A stretch of DNA of 64,000 nt, taken from positions 7,130,001 through 7,194,000 of the forward strand of contig CM106586.1 of NCBI GenBank assembly GCA_048013815.1, in the 5' to 3' direction. Origin of the DNA: Setoptus koraiensis. Its lineage: Eukaryota > Animalia > Arthropoda. This document shows, piece after piece, positions 50,623 through 62,236 of the stretch (within the stretch, counting starts at the first letter, position 1; every line of letters starts with the position of its first letter). A program made the translations under genes and the position numbers. The notes under the pieces are model-generated. The model had not been told where the DNA came from. It did no database searches and was given only the letters and a program-made list of their open reading frames with translations.

Positions 50623-53600
50623 ATGCCAGCTAAACACTGTCTAGCGTCACTAGCGGCCGCTCGTCACATTACCGCCGCTAGGTGTCCACGGTCGTCCACT
50701 CATTCGGTGGCTTATTGGGCCGTGGTCGTCGTATTTATTGCCGCCACACATCACTATAATCAATTGACAGATGCACTGTCCAGTGACATTACTACTATTC
50801 AGCAACATCAACAAAAGCACAATACCATCGAGGCCCACAACGAGCTCAGTCACCAGCGGCCGCTCTACGCACAATCGGCCTTTATATCTAGCTTCGACGA
50901 CGACCAGCAATTGTTGAGCCAAGTCGCTCAGCATCGGGGGGCCCCACAGGCCCCTGTCGACACCAGCAGCGCCAACCAGAACAATGTCACTGGCGCACAA
51001 CAACATGAGCACAACAGTGATACAACAAGCGACCAAGCCAATAGGCACACCAGCGCCAGTGCCAGCTCAGTGGCCCCCTCTGGCGAACATACCGCAAGCG
51101 CAAATAAGTCACCTGTCGTGGTGTTGTCTCAAGTTAAGCAGCACGCAGACGACAGCGACGCGCAAGCCGACGCCGGCCCCTCTCAGGCCGACCTAGACAG
51201 TATCAGCGATCTGCTGGCCGCTGCCTCGGCAGACACCACATCTACCTCGATAGTGGCCGATGACTTTCGCGTTGCGCCACCGTCGCCCCCATCGCAGCCG
51301 GCCACTGCTGTGACTGCCACGGTTCCGTCGGCGTCGTCACAATCGCCCACAGCGACAAAATTAACAACAACAACAACTACAGTCCAGACAACAACTACAA
51401 CAACGCCACAAACGTCAACAGCGCCACAAACGTCAACAGCGCCACAAACGTCAGCTGCAACGCAAGCCGTTTCGCAAACAACAGTGCAAGCTGTGTCCAC
51501 TGCACCAACACAGGCCACAAATTCAATCACAGCAGAAATTGTACCGGTAACCGTCAACACGACGCCGGCAGCATCAACGCCGAAAGTGACAACCAGCGCG
51601 ACAGGTGAACTACCAACGACAACAACAACAACTGAAGCCGCTGCTGCAACCAAAACTCACCAATACGACGCAACGTCAAACAACCCAACAACGACAACAA
51701 CAACGAAAAGTGACACAACAACTAAATCAATCGTTTCCTTCCTGTCAAGTGAGCCGTCATCAACAACTGTCGCCCTGCTGTCATCGTCGCCGACAACAAC
51801 AACTCCATCAGCTGTCACAACAGCATCACTCGCGCCAACAACAACAACGACTGTAGCACCGTCATCAAGTGTCGCCAGTGTCATTGGACGAGACTCAACG
51901 TCGCCGGACAGCAGCACAACAACAGCGAAAGTTGCGCCGTTACAGCCAGCGCAACCTGTTGTTCCGATGACAGTTGTTGACATTGAAATGACAAGAGAAG
52001 TTGCGGTCGCGACATCATCAGCTGTTAATATAACCAATGAGCCCAGTGCGGCGGCAGTCAGCAATGCAAACACCGACGAGCGCCGAGCGAACAACTATGA
52101 CAATTATGAGATTAAAGCGCCGTGCTTGCCATCGTCGCAGCGATCATCGTCACAGCGCGACAACGGCGACAATCCTTGCCGTTACATAGTGGCCAATGCA
52201 CCTGTCGTGTCGTTCAACCGGACAACCCTGGCTGACAATGCGAGCGCATCAGCCAACCATCAGCAGCCCATTGTGAACGAGTTTGTATTTTTGCCAGAGG
52301 ACGAGGCTCTCCAATTTGAGCAGGAACAAGCCAGCAACAGTTCGGCATCAAACAACACGGCCACAATTATCTCCGACAAGGACCTCAAGGCCGAGCACAG
52401 GTCTCTGTCGTCGGGCGACGACATTGATCTGGGCGACGAACTGGCCGACGATGTGCCGACCACATCCGGCCACAGCTCTAGAACGAGCACGAGCACCGGC
52501 AACAGCCGTGACGATTCGTCGCTTGTTGATCTAGACTACGCTGTCAATGGCAACGACGACGAGCCGCCCACGCCTGGCCAGCAGCCACAACAAGCAAGCG
52601 TCATGAACAACAACAACAACAACAAGAACGTGGTCGCCTCGTCCAGATTCGGTGACATATCGGCTGCCAGCAACAGAGACGAAGATGACGACAGCGACAA
52701 TGGCGGCCGTGCCACTGGCAACGACGACGACGACGAAGACGAAAACGAGGAAGCCGATCGAGTTTTTGCCAACCACAAGCCGGCTACCCGAGCCAATGAG
52801 AAAGTGGCAAATAAAAGCGACGTTAGCTCGCCATCGGCAACGCCGACGGTGACGTCTGAGCCAACAAATGTGTTGTCGTCGACCACACTTAATTCCATAT
52901 TTAGCCGAGCCGCGGCCGGGCCCGTTGCAGTAACGGCGCCACCGAGCAACGGCGACGTCCAGCAGCAGCAGCAGCAAAACAGCCAAAACAATAGTGATCA
53001 GACCGGCTTTTGGAAGAATCAAAACATTTTCACCGCATTGAGCAACTTCTTTCGATCTAATAATAGACTGTCGTCGGCGGCCTCGTCCAAGGTAGAGCGC
53101 AGCAGCGGCAACGAGCAACAGCAGCAGCAGCCGGCCCCAACGACAAGCAAACCGACGATGCAAATTATATCGACATCCGTGAAAGTGTCCACCACACTAG
53201 CAACCGGCAATCAATCTACGCCAAGCGAGCTAAAATTATCGCCCAATGATACACTGAGACTCATCGGCCACAATTCAAATTACAAACACAATGCGGCCGC
53301 CACATTATCGGCGCCGCCGGCCGTATCATCCTCCTATCGGATTGATTACTCGGCAAGTCGATTGTCCAGTGACAGGCCACTGCTAGCGGTCGATCAATCA
53401 AACAACATTTCACCTGTCACGCCGAGCGCGACCACGACGACCACAACAACGACCCGAGCACCGACCACTATTAGTAGTAGCGTAAGTGTCAGAAAGAGCA
53501 TTGGCACCTTGCCACCGGCGCCACAGCTGACCGGCGCCACCGCAACAACAGCAACCACCGATCGAGTGGTGGCCGTCGCAGCCGCCAGAAATAGCAATCA

Positions 53601-56118
53601 CCACAACAGGTATTTTCATGAGCCCATGAGGAGATTGACCAGTCGCACCACCAATGCGGCCAGCAACAACAACAACGACGACAGACGAACCAACAACTGG
53701 CAGCCAGTGCAGCAGCCGCCCAGACAGCTCCGTCTGGCGGCCAGGCAACCCGTTAACAACATTTATTTGCCGACGGAAAACGGGGCCGACAGGGAAGAGG
53801 CAGAAATACTCACTCGCTTATCTATTCCGTCTCAATTAACGAGGTTGTCATCGTCCAACAACAACAACAACAACAACAACCAGCATCACAACAGTCGGCC
53901 CAACGAACAACAACAGTATTCTGGCCAGTATCGCAGCAGCGCCGTTTGGTCGCCGCCTAGCACAACCGCCAGTCCCCAGATATGGACCCAGAGGAGCCCA
54001 GTAGAGAGCACAACTATGCGACCACAACCAGTGCCGACATCTAGAATATCAAATAGGGCTCTCAAGTCGACATGGTCGTCGTATCTTGGCCTCACAAACG
54101 ATGAGGAGCATCTAATAAGTGGCGACGATCAGCAAAGGGGCCACAATGTGTTCAGTCGTGTCCCGAAGTCACTCACTGCGGCCCACATAACCCGTCCGTC
54201 CACCACCACCACCACAACCACAACGACATCAACAACTACCACCAGGAGGCCCTCGGTGGCGACTAGTGTTAGTTTTACCGTCCGCGGTGGCAATGGCACA
54301 ACCTCAACGGCTAAACACAATGGAACGACAATCGTTCGCCCCGTTGAGCCCTCTCAACAGTGGCAAACCAACACAACAACTACTAGATTCACAACTATAG
54401 ACATATCCGATGACAGTCCGTCTGACCGTGGTCACAATAGTACTGCCTCAAATAACGAAATAGTGACTATTATGTCTGCCGACTCGTCAAATTCTCGCCA
54501 AATGCGATTCCCACCCATGCCCACTGTTATCTCTCTTTTGCACAATGACGGCACACAACGGATGGCCGATTCGTCTGGTGTTACAACAGAGGCCCCGACA
54601 ACCACGATTAGTAGCACAACAACTTCTAGCGGCCCTACAACTGCCACGCCGACCACTACGCCGACCACCACATCAACCACCAGCACTACGCCAGTGCCAT
54701 CTACAAGCACCACAGAAACTCCCTCCACCACCACAACCACCACCACAACTACCACCGCTACTCAGGAGGTGACGTTCAGCGCCGAAAGGGCCGAAGAGAT
54801 ATTTAGACCAACGGCTGGCAGTATAAGTAGATTATCTCCAAGCAGAAAATCGGGGACTCAGCTGCAAAAAGAGACGCCCGACTCGTTCAAGCCTTCCACG
54901 ATGAACGTATATCCAAGTCAGGTTAAACAGCGCAGAATAAACCCACACCAACAGCATCAAGAAGGCTTGCTGTCAGGTGAGCAGTTTATATTGGGCTTGG
55001 CTGCATCCGGCGACAGCGAGTTTCAGAATTACCGATCTACACCAGTCGAAAAGAAACCCATCCAGAAGTCTATTCCCAAATTAGAGCAGCAGGAACTGGC
55101 CGATATCAAAGCACTCACTGCTGCTTGGGCAGCGCTTGTTAGCGAGTTCGACGGAAGCACTGAAGACCAGTTGGCCTCTGACGACTTCCATCATTCTCGG
55201 CACGTGGGCAGACCCAACAGTAATCAAGTGACGACACCAACCGCAGCCCCAGCACAACGGGAACGGGTAAGAGCATCAACGGAGCCGATCAACACAAATT
55301 TCAAGTTTAAACATATTAACAACAACAATAATAACGGAGTACAAAGCTCTAGAAGTAATAGTGCGGCGCCTCGAACAACGCGCAGGCCAGATATGGATGA
55401 CGAACAATATTACACAACCGCCTCTATATCCAATATTGCGACCAACAATGGTGTCAGCAATGGCAACGACAATAATAACAGGATCGACAATAACCCACCA
55501 GGTAGACCAGGTATAGACTATCCGATATATAGTGATATCCCCAAGACTTCATTTGATTGTCGTGAACACGATTACAGTGGCTTCTACGCAGACGTTGAAA
55601 GTGATTGTCAGGCTTATCATAGTTGTCACAAGGGTCGCGGTGGTAGACATACATTCCTGTGTCCTAATGGAACGCTGTTCTCTCAAGAGCTATTGACATG
55701 CGATTGGTGGTATAATGTTCAATGCAGCGAAACAAAATCATTCTTCCCCGTCACATCGGCGAGGCCGCCAACGTTGTCGCCATCAGCGAGCCTAACGGTC
55801 AACAACGATGTGTCCATGCTTGATATAGTCAATGGCAATGGAGCCGGTTTAGCCACTCTGATTAGTGGACTGGAAAATACTAATCACCATACTAACCAAC
55901 CTGGTATTGCAGATGAGGTTATTTCGTCCAGATCTAGACGCGAGCAGGAGACCAGCAATAGAAGACTGCATTCATCGCTTGAATCAAAATCGTTGGGCCT
56001 GTTAAACTCGGCCGAAAATCCGACAAATTTCGCCAATAGCGATAGTATGGAGGTGTCGGGAACATCTTGGCAACCCAGATTGTCTTTCCTAAGACGAATA
56101 TCCTCGTTGAGTCATTGA
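50623..56118 (+). CDS. Mucin-like protein with one chitin-binding CBM14 (peritrophin-A type) domain, 1831 aa
   Basis: N-terminal hydrophobic stretch YWAVVVVFIAA, extensive Thr/Ser/Pro tracts, and GRPGIDYPIYSDIPKTSFDC...GFYADVESDCQAYHSC...FLCPNGTLFSQELLTCDWWYNVQC with six Cys. An optional upstream mini-exon (50493-50511, MDQLNS-G|GTAAG) is possible. Confidence 0.9.
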   Translation: MPAKHCLASLAAARHITAARCPRSSTHSVAYWAVVVVFIAATHHYNQLTDALSSDITTIQQHQQKHNTIEAHNELSHQRPLYAQSAFISSFDDDQQLLSQVAQHRGAPQAPVDTSSANQNNVTGAQQHEHNSDTTSDQANRHTSASASSVAPSGEHTASANKSPVVVLSQVKQHADDSDAQADAGPSQADLDSISDLLAAASADTTSTSIVADDFRVAPPSPPSQPATAVTATVPSASSQSPTATKLTTTTTTVQTTTTTTPQTSTAPQTSTAPQTSAATQAVSQTTVQAVSTAPTQATNSITAEIVPVTVNTTPAASTPKVTTSATGELPTTTTTTEAAAATKTHQYDATSNNPTTTTTTKSDTTTKSIVSFLSSEPSSTTVALLSSSPTTTTPSAVTTASLAPTTTTTVAPSSSVASVIGRDSTSPDSSTTTAKVAPLQPAQPVVPMTVVDIEMTREVAVATSSAVNITNEPSAAAVSNANTDERRANNYDNYEIKAPCLPSSQRSSSQRDNGDNPCRYIVANAPVVSFNRTTLADNASASANHQQPIVNEFVFLPEDEALQFEQEQASNSSASNNTATIISDKDLKAEHRSLSSGDDIDLGDELADDVPTTSGHSSRTSTSTGNSRDDSSLVDLDYAVNGNDDEPPTPGQQPQQASVMNNNNNNKNVVASSRFGDISAASNRDEDDDSDNGGRATGNDDDDEDENEEADRVFANHKPATRANEKVANKSDVSSPSATPTVTSEPTNVLSSTTLNSIFSRAAAGPVAVTAPPSNGDVQQQQQQNSQNNSDQTGFWKNQNIFTALSNFFRSNNRLSSAASSKVERSSGNEQQQQQPAPTTSKPTMQIISTSVKVSTTLATGNQSTPSELKLSPNDTLRLIGHNSNYKHNAAATLSAPPAVSSSYRIDYSASRLSSDRPLLAVDQSNNISPVTPSATTTTTTTTRAPTTISSSVSVRKSIGTLPPAPQLTGATATTATTDRVVAVAAARNSNHHNRYFHEPMRRLTSRTTNAASNNNNDDRRTNNWQPVQQPPRQLRLAARQPVNNIYLPTENGADREEAEILTRLSIPSQLTRLSSSNNNNNNNNQHHNSRPNEQQQYSGQYRSSAVWSPPSTTASPQIWTQRSPVESTTMRPQPVPTSRISNRALKSTWSSYLGLTNDEEHLISGDDQQRGHNVFSRVPKSLTAAHITRPSTTTTTTTTTSTTTTRRPSVATSVSFTVRGGNGTTSTAKHNGTTIVRPVEPSQQWQTNTTTTRFTTIDISDDSPSDRGHNSTASNNEIVTIMSADSSNSRQMRFPPMPTVISLLHNDGTQRMADSSGVTTEAPTTTISSTTTSSGPTTATPTTTPTTTSTTSTTPVPSTSTTETPSTTTTTTTTTTATQEVTFSAERAEEIFRPTAGSISRLSPSRKSGTQLQKETPDSFKPSTMNVYPSQVKQRRINPHQQHQEGLLSGEQFILGLAASGDSEFQNYRSTPVEKKPIQKSIPKLEQQELADIKALTAAWAALVSEFDGSTEDQLASDDFHHSRHVGRPNSNQVTTPTAAPAQRERVRASTEPINTNFKFKHINNNNNNGVQSSRSNSAAPRTTRRPDMDDEQYYTTASISNIATNNGVSNGNDNNNRIDNNPPGRPGIDYPIYSDIPKTSFDCREHDYSGFYADVESDCQAYHSCHKGRGGRHTFLCPNGTLFSQELLTCDWWYNVQCSETKSFFPVTSARPPTLSPSASLTVNNDVSMLDIVNGNGAGLATLISGLENTNHHTNQPGIADEVISSRSRREQETSNRRLHSSLESKSLGLLNSAENPTNFANSDSMEVSGTSWQPRLSFLRRISSLSH

Positions 56119-57245
56119 AACCAACCCTTGTCATCTCTATCTATTTATAAGTATGCGTACGTGTGTTAAAGCCCATTTCCAAGACATTTTGTCTTATAAG
56201 CTCTCTTGCCAATACTTTAAGCACACTATAAGCACAAAAATTAACTATCAGTATTATCGCGTATATCTTACCATGTAACATAGTGTCTCGTCCTAATTAA
56301 TGATAGAAATAAAGAGTACCATTTTTATACTAATGTTATATTCGCCAAGTTATTATGTACAACAGTATAGCACAAGTGGGTGAACTTTTATCTAACGTGT
56401 AAGCTATGCGCTAGATAAAGGCATCTAATCAACAAGCTATCTTGGATGTAATCATGTTATATATCATAGTTACCTTGTAAAGCGTCGACTAGTCGACACA
56501 TGTCATGAAGCGCCATTTTGTCTGTGTTCTTCAAGACCATGATGATTGCTGAAAATGAATGTGTAGTTATAGCTGCGGCCGAAGCATGCGGCGCTTTGTA
56601 AGGGCTTTTGTGGGATTGTATTGAGAGGGTACAAGTGTTTTTTTGTAAGTGATTGGCATCACTTGAATTGTCGAGTAGTGATTGAGTTTTTGCTAGGCAG
56701 CGTCACAATAGCTTGTATCGAGTGCCGCCTATGCGAAAGTGTTGCGTAAACAAAAGTGAAACTTCACTCCTCTTGTGTGAACTGTTCATTAGCAAAGGAC
56801 TGGGAAGTGGGGTGAAAACATTTTGGCCAAGTAGGCTGTTTGAGGTAGCCATGCGTCTGGGCCAGAGAGTGAGTGGCCAGTGATGGTGGCATTGTGCTAG
56901 CGTTGGCGACAAAAGCGCGATAAAATGGCTCTATGGCTGGCTGGCTTGGCGCAAAGTAATTCTATCTATCTATCTTTTTGATCGTATCCCTCGACTGTTT
57001 GTTGAGATTTTGGCGCTTTTTTGCTGCTCACTTTGTGCCTTTTAGTGAGTGTGTGTGTCGCAGCCATGAATACGTCAGCAGCAGCATCAACGACATTATC
57101 GACAATGATGACAACGCCGGGTCAAATATGATTGTGGCATGTAACAAAAAGTGTCTTATTCCATGGTGCCTCGCAGTGGATAGGGATCATCTTCATCATT
57201 GTCGCTGTTGAGGCATGGCGCCTGGTAACGGCCATCAGCGGGTCG

Positions 57246-57247
<2 letters not shown>

Positions 57248-57296
<49 letters not shown>
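57248..57296. repeat. (GT)n microsatellite
   Basis: Uninterrupted GT dinucleotide run. Confidence 0.95.
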
Positions 57297-57297
<1 letters not shown>

Positions 57298-57671
57298 TAA
57301 TGGGCAAAAGAAAAGAATAATGTAATAACTATCGATTTTATCTCGCTTCTCTCCATCTCGAATGGTGTCATTTGAGTCGACTGCTGTTTGGCTTGGTTAG
57401 GTGGTTTTTTGGATGCAGTTTTGGCGTAGTTGGGCTAGCCAAGTTTGCGAGTTAGTTTTGTCGTTGGTGGCATCTCGTTGTGAGACTAAACTATTGTGTT
57501 TAACTGCGGCCTGGTGTAATAATATATAATAATAAAGTTGCGTAATGAACATCAATATTACATGGCCGCCACTATAAGTCAGTGCCACTAACGAGACGCC
57601 GTGCGTTGTGCGTAACGAGCGTGTGAATCGCACAACTCGAGCGCAGCCGCATGAATCCGTTGTTGGCGCTG

Positions 57672-57732
57672 GCGACGAATTTGTGCTTGAGTTGGGGGCA
57701 TATGCCGGCCGACTCGCGCACAAATTCGTCGC
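57672..57732. repeat. 61-nt fold-back hairpin (perfect 15-bp outer stem plus paired interior); candidate novel pre-miRNA
   Basis: GCGACGAATTTGTGC (57672-57686) is the exact reverse complement of 57718-57732. Interior pairs: TGAGTTGG/CCGACTCG and GGCA/TGCC. Confidence 0.6.
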
Positions 57733-58870
57733 TTGCTGTGGCAATGCTGCCCTGCACAATAAATTTACAAGTGCTGCCAGACTGTGTGGTGCAGCCAGAG
57801 TTACGCTGGCAACTGCACCGCATTCACAGCACCGCGTACACTGTACAGTAACTGCATATTGGTGCAGTGGCTGTTGGTGCAGTGGCAGACGCAAACAGCG
57901 CGTGAGCACACCCATTATGCAGAGTCCGGGCTTTGGCGGACTCACGTTGTGCGAGTCACTCGCAGCGAGTGTGTGTGCATGGCCGAGGTCTGGGTGCTGA
58001 GTCTCAAGTGCACACAGTCGTCGACCAAGCAACTGCGGCTGCAGTTCGGCGCATAGCGTTGGCACTGGGCGCGATTTGCGCATCTAGACTCCAGATTCTG
58101 CAGGCTATCAGCCAGACTGGCAGCCAGAGTCTCTAGTGACTAGTCTCGGCGGGCATGTGTGTGTCACACAGTGTGTGCGGGCTGTTGTTTATGCAAACCA
58201 ACTGTACCGACGACTGCGCGCACCGCACTGGTCCCGTTCGCGTTAGCGTCGAACGCGCCAGTCGGTCCCACCAACGGCACGGCGCTAGCTATCGAATGGC
58301 CGCCGCTCAATGCAGCCTAATGCCGCCTAACGCCGCTTGTTAGTGTCGCACCAACACGACGGTGCCATCCGAGTCGGATAATTCGACCATTGCACCACCA
58401 CCAGTGAGTCACTTGAGTCGCGCAGTGGCGCACAGTTGCAGAGTGCGCCGGGTCCAAACATAGCGCCCGTTGAGTCGGGCTTTACATTATATCATGTATC
58501 GGTGCCATCCAAAAAGAGGGTGTTATCGGCCTCCATGCTTTACGCACACACACACACACACACGCACACTGCTCAGCACTGCTAAGCTAGTTGCGAAAGC
58601 CACCATCTTCTCGCCGTTGTCTCTCCGCTCTAGTCGCCAAAGTCTAGTCGCCAGACTCCAGTGTAGACCGTACTGGGCCAGCCATGCAATATTGTATAAT
58701 ATATAAATATATATAATGGCAAATCAAGATATTGTGCACATTGCCACAGTTGTAATGGAGTCATGGCAAACAATTATCATATCCGCTCAAATTGTATTCA
58801 ATAGTGTGTGTGCTAAACATATCGAGCTAGCCAAATTGAGCTAAACAATTGATACACGCACGCACACACT

Positions 58871-58871
<1 letters not shown>

Positions 58872-58901
<30 letters not shown>
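58872..58901. repeat. (CA)n microsatellite
   Basis: CA run upstream of the SLC7 gene. Confidence 0.9.
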
Positions 58902-58904
<3 letters not shown>

Positions 58905-59575
58905 ACAGATTTTGTGTTTCACACACTACTCATGTTCTCAATTTTATCCAGCGACTCAGCGACATTGATAGCGGCGACCGCGACAACCAAAACGGCGCCG
59001 TCTTGATCGTCGTATTCATTATTAATTCATCAAAATCATTGCTACACCGGCCTGTGTTCACATGCTCACACATAATCTGTCGCCGCCACGCAATTAAAGC
59101 AATTCATTCAATACGCATTCACATCATTCAGTCCATTGTGTCAGATCAAATCAGACTAGATCAGCAAACAGACCAAATCAAATTGTCATTAGATTCATCC
59201 ACCTACACTGGAAATCGCACGCTCCAAACCTACGCTGCTGCATATCAACTAGCTCCATATCAGCTAAAATCCGGACAAGACACGTTGTTATCGTTGTTCC
59301 ATCGCGCCGACACTGAGTACAAACAAACTACTCATTCACCATTGTCGCCGATATTTTTGTCTCAGTAATTAATCTAACATCAGACTTAATTGATCATCAT
59401 CAATTAACAATTACATTATTACAAAATAATAATAATAATAATCATAATCGCCCACTAACTCACCAAAGCCAAACATCAATTTCATCCAACGCCAACCCAA
59501 TATCTCAAGTGTATTTCAGCCAAACGCGTCATACAGGCACCTAGCGAGTGCAGACACAAGTGAATAGTCGCAAAA

Positions 59576-61177
59576 ATGGGAAAAGAATCCCCAGAGTCAG
59601 TGCCACTGACGCAAACTCAAAGTCAATTGTCAAAACTAGACTCGCCAGATGCTGCAGACGATAGCAGCAAAACGACAGCACCCTCAGAAAGAGCGGCAGT
59701 TTACGTCAAACAATCGGCCGCAGATGGACAAGAGGCCGTGTCGCTCACAGGTGCTGACAACGTGCCAAGCGCTGATGGGGGCGCTATTAGATTGCAGCCG
59801 AAGATGACATTACAAAACGGCATAACCGTTATTGTGGGCTCCATCATCGGATCGGGAATTTTCGTTGCGCCAAAGGGAGTGCTTAAGGACACAGGAAGTG
59901 TGGGCTTATCACTAATCGTCTGGGTTTTAAGTGGTGTATATTCGTTAATTGGGGCCTATTGTTTCGCCGAATTGGGATGCATGATCCCAAAATCCGGTGC
60001 TGACTACGCTTACATAATGACGTCTTTCGGACCATTCTTGGCTTTCATGCGTCTATGGATTGAGTGCATAGTGGTCAGACCAACATCGCAAGCCATCGTA
60101 GCGCTCACCTTCGCTAACTATGCGTTAAGACCATTTTTCACAACTTGCGATCCGCCAATGATAGCAACCCAATCGTTGGCTATTCTGTGTATACTCGTTC
60201 TCACATTTGTTAATTGTTGGAGTGTTAAGTGGTCTACCCGTGTTCAGGATGTCTGTACATATGGAAAATTGCTCGCTTTAGCACTCATAATAGCATCCGG
60301 ATTGTATCAATTAACACAAGGAAAAACTCAAAATTTCAGCATGGATGGCTCTATCTGGAACGTGTCTCAATTCGCATTGTCATTTTATTCCGGTTTGTTC
60401 GCTTACAATGGGTGGAACTACTTAAATTTCATCATTGAGGAATTAAAAGACCCGGAGAAAAATTTGCCAAAAGCTATCTTCATATCCGTAATTTTAGTTA
60501 CTGTGGTCTACACGTTAACTATAATGTCATTTCACACCACAATGTCTGTTGCAGATGTTCTAGCCAGTGAAGCTGTTGCATCAACGTTCGCAAGAGGAAT
60601 TTATGGAAACTTGGCTCTAGTTGTCCCTGCTTTTGTGGCCCTATCCACTTTCGGTGGTGTCAACGGAATTTTGTTAACATCATCGAGATTGTTCTACGCC
60701 GGAGCGGAGGAGAGACAAATGCCATCTGTATTGTCCATGATACAGATTAATCATTTGACACCTACACCAGCTGTAATTGCAATGTGTTTGTTATCTCTAT
60801 TATACCTTTTCTTTAAGGATATATATTTACTCATCAACTACGTTGGATTTACATCATGGTTGGCGATAGGCTTGGCTGTGGCATGTGTTCCTTATCTCCG
60901 TTGGAAACACCCCGAATGGAGAAGACCCATCAAAGTGCACATGTTCTGGCCTATCTTATATATAATTGCAACTGTATTTATTGTTGTAGTGCCAGCAATA
61001 TCCGACCCTTACGCTACTGGTATGGGTTGCATAATAATACTGACTGGTATGCCCGTCTATTTCATATTCATAGGTATGAAAAACAAACCAGCATGGTTGG
61101 AAAATATAGTAATGAGCACTACTCACACCTTACAGAAGATAATGGTAGTAGTTCCTCCAGAGAAGAAATCAACTTAG
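59576..61177 (+). CDS. L-type amino acid transporter light chain (SLC7A5/SLC7A8-like, APC superfamily), 533 aa, intronless
   Basis: TM1 VGSIIGSGIFVAPKGV, GALCYAELG-like GAYCFAELG, PKSGADYAYI, TM6 LFAYNGWNYLNFIIEELKDPEKNLPKAI, and LLTSSRLFYAGA. Confidence 0.95.
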   Translation: MGKESPESVPLTQTQSQLSKLDSPDAADDSSKTTAPSERAAVYVKQSAADGQEAVSLTGADNVPSADGGAIRLQPKMTLQNGITVIVGSIIGSGIFVAPKGVLKDTGSVGLSLIVWVLSGVYSLIGAYCFAELGCMIPKSGADYAYIMTSFGPFLAFMRLWIECIVVRPTSQAIVALTFANYALRPFFTTCDPPMIATQSLAILCILVLTFVNCWSVKWSTRVQDVCTYGKLLALALIIASGLYQLTQGKTQNFSMDGSIWNVSQFALSFYSGLFAYNGWNYLNFIIEELKDPEKNLPKAIFISVILVTVVYTLTIMSFHTTMSVADVLASEAVASTFARGIYGNLALVVPAFVALSTFGGVNGILLTSSRLFYAGAEERQMPSVLSMIQINHLTPTPAVIAMCLLSLLYLFFKDIYLLINYVGFTSWLAIGLAVACVPYLRWKHPEWRRPIKVHMFWPILYIIATVFIVVVPAISDPYATGMGCIIILTGMPVYFIFIGMKNKPAWLENIVMSTTHTLQKIMVVVPPEKKST

Positions 61178-62236
61178 GATTGTCTTCATTAGCATATTAA
61201 GTAAATCTGAGTGTCTGGCATAGCATTTATATCAAGTGTATATTATGGAAGGACAACATTTTTTTATCTTCAACTACTTCATCGAACTGCCTTTTTTAAC
61301 TGATTACAATGCCAATACTAACTCTTTCTTTGAACTGTTATAGAATATATACATGTGACACAACTGACCAGTTTGCGGAATTCACTAAGGGATGCACCTG
61401 GTATTGACGGAAAATTCTCACATTTAATATATAAGCATCTAGATAACGATACCTGCCAAATTGGATATCTCGATGTATCAAGGTATATGAACTACTATGA
61501 CTATGTATACAATATCATTTATACAACTAGTGATCGAATGAGAGTTAGCTGATTAATTTTTTTAGATCAATTACTTGGGCGATATCCATTATATCATCCC
61601 TGTAGGACCAATATCGAGACATAATCATATTTACAATACCGTCACTTCAGCTCTGTCAAGAGTACATTTTTTAAATAATATTAATATTGATAACAAACAC
61701 AAAATTCAATTTACTGCCTACTGATCAGTCTATTTTATTACTTTTACCCCATCCCAAGAGTGTTGAGAACACATAAAGCGAAAGCTTCACTCGAAGTGTT
61801 TATCTCTATTTCAAGCAAAAGTGATTCCTCCAGAGTTCGATTGTAGTAGCGATGCTTTTTTATTCACACTTATTGTTCGATTACATAATGAATTAACGTT
61901 AAGTGAATCTCAATTACGATTCGGCCTTTGTCTAGTATTCTAATATCTGATCTCATTTCATAATTAGTTAATGAGAGTATTGATTAGAATTAAACTAGTT
62001 GGTTATAATTAACTAGTCCATAAACGAGTGGCGAGTTTCAATATGAATGAGCAAAATATCTAAGAAGACGCACACTCATGCAATCATAAATGACCATCTT
62101 TGGGTAATTCATATGGCTTCATTCTATTTTGGGGTTACTAATATCAACTGACATGTTCTTTAGCTACATGGTTAGTTGTCGGTACTGTCATATTTCGTGC
62201 TGTCATTTAGCTACCCAATGTATAAATCTCCTTGTA

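Noticed and set aside
57676-57686. GAATTTGTG similarity to the 3' end of miR-10
   Set aside because: The seed and 5' half (ACCCUGUAGA) are absent, so this is not mir-10.
57397-58083. 228-aa - strand ORF and overlapping + ORFs
   Set aside because: Non-ATG start, no domain, several overlapping frames open; expected in GC-rich, stop-poor DNA.
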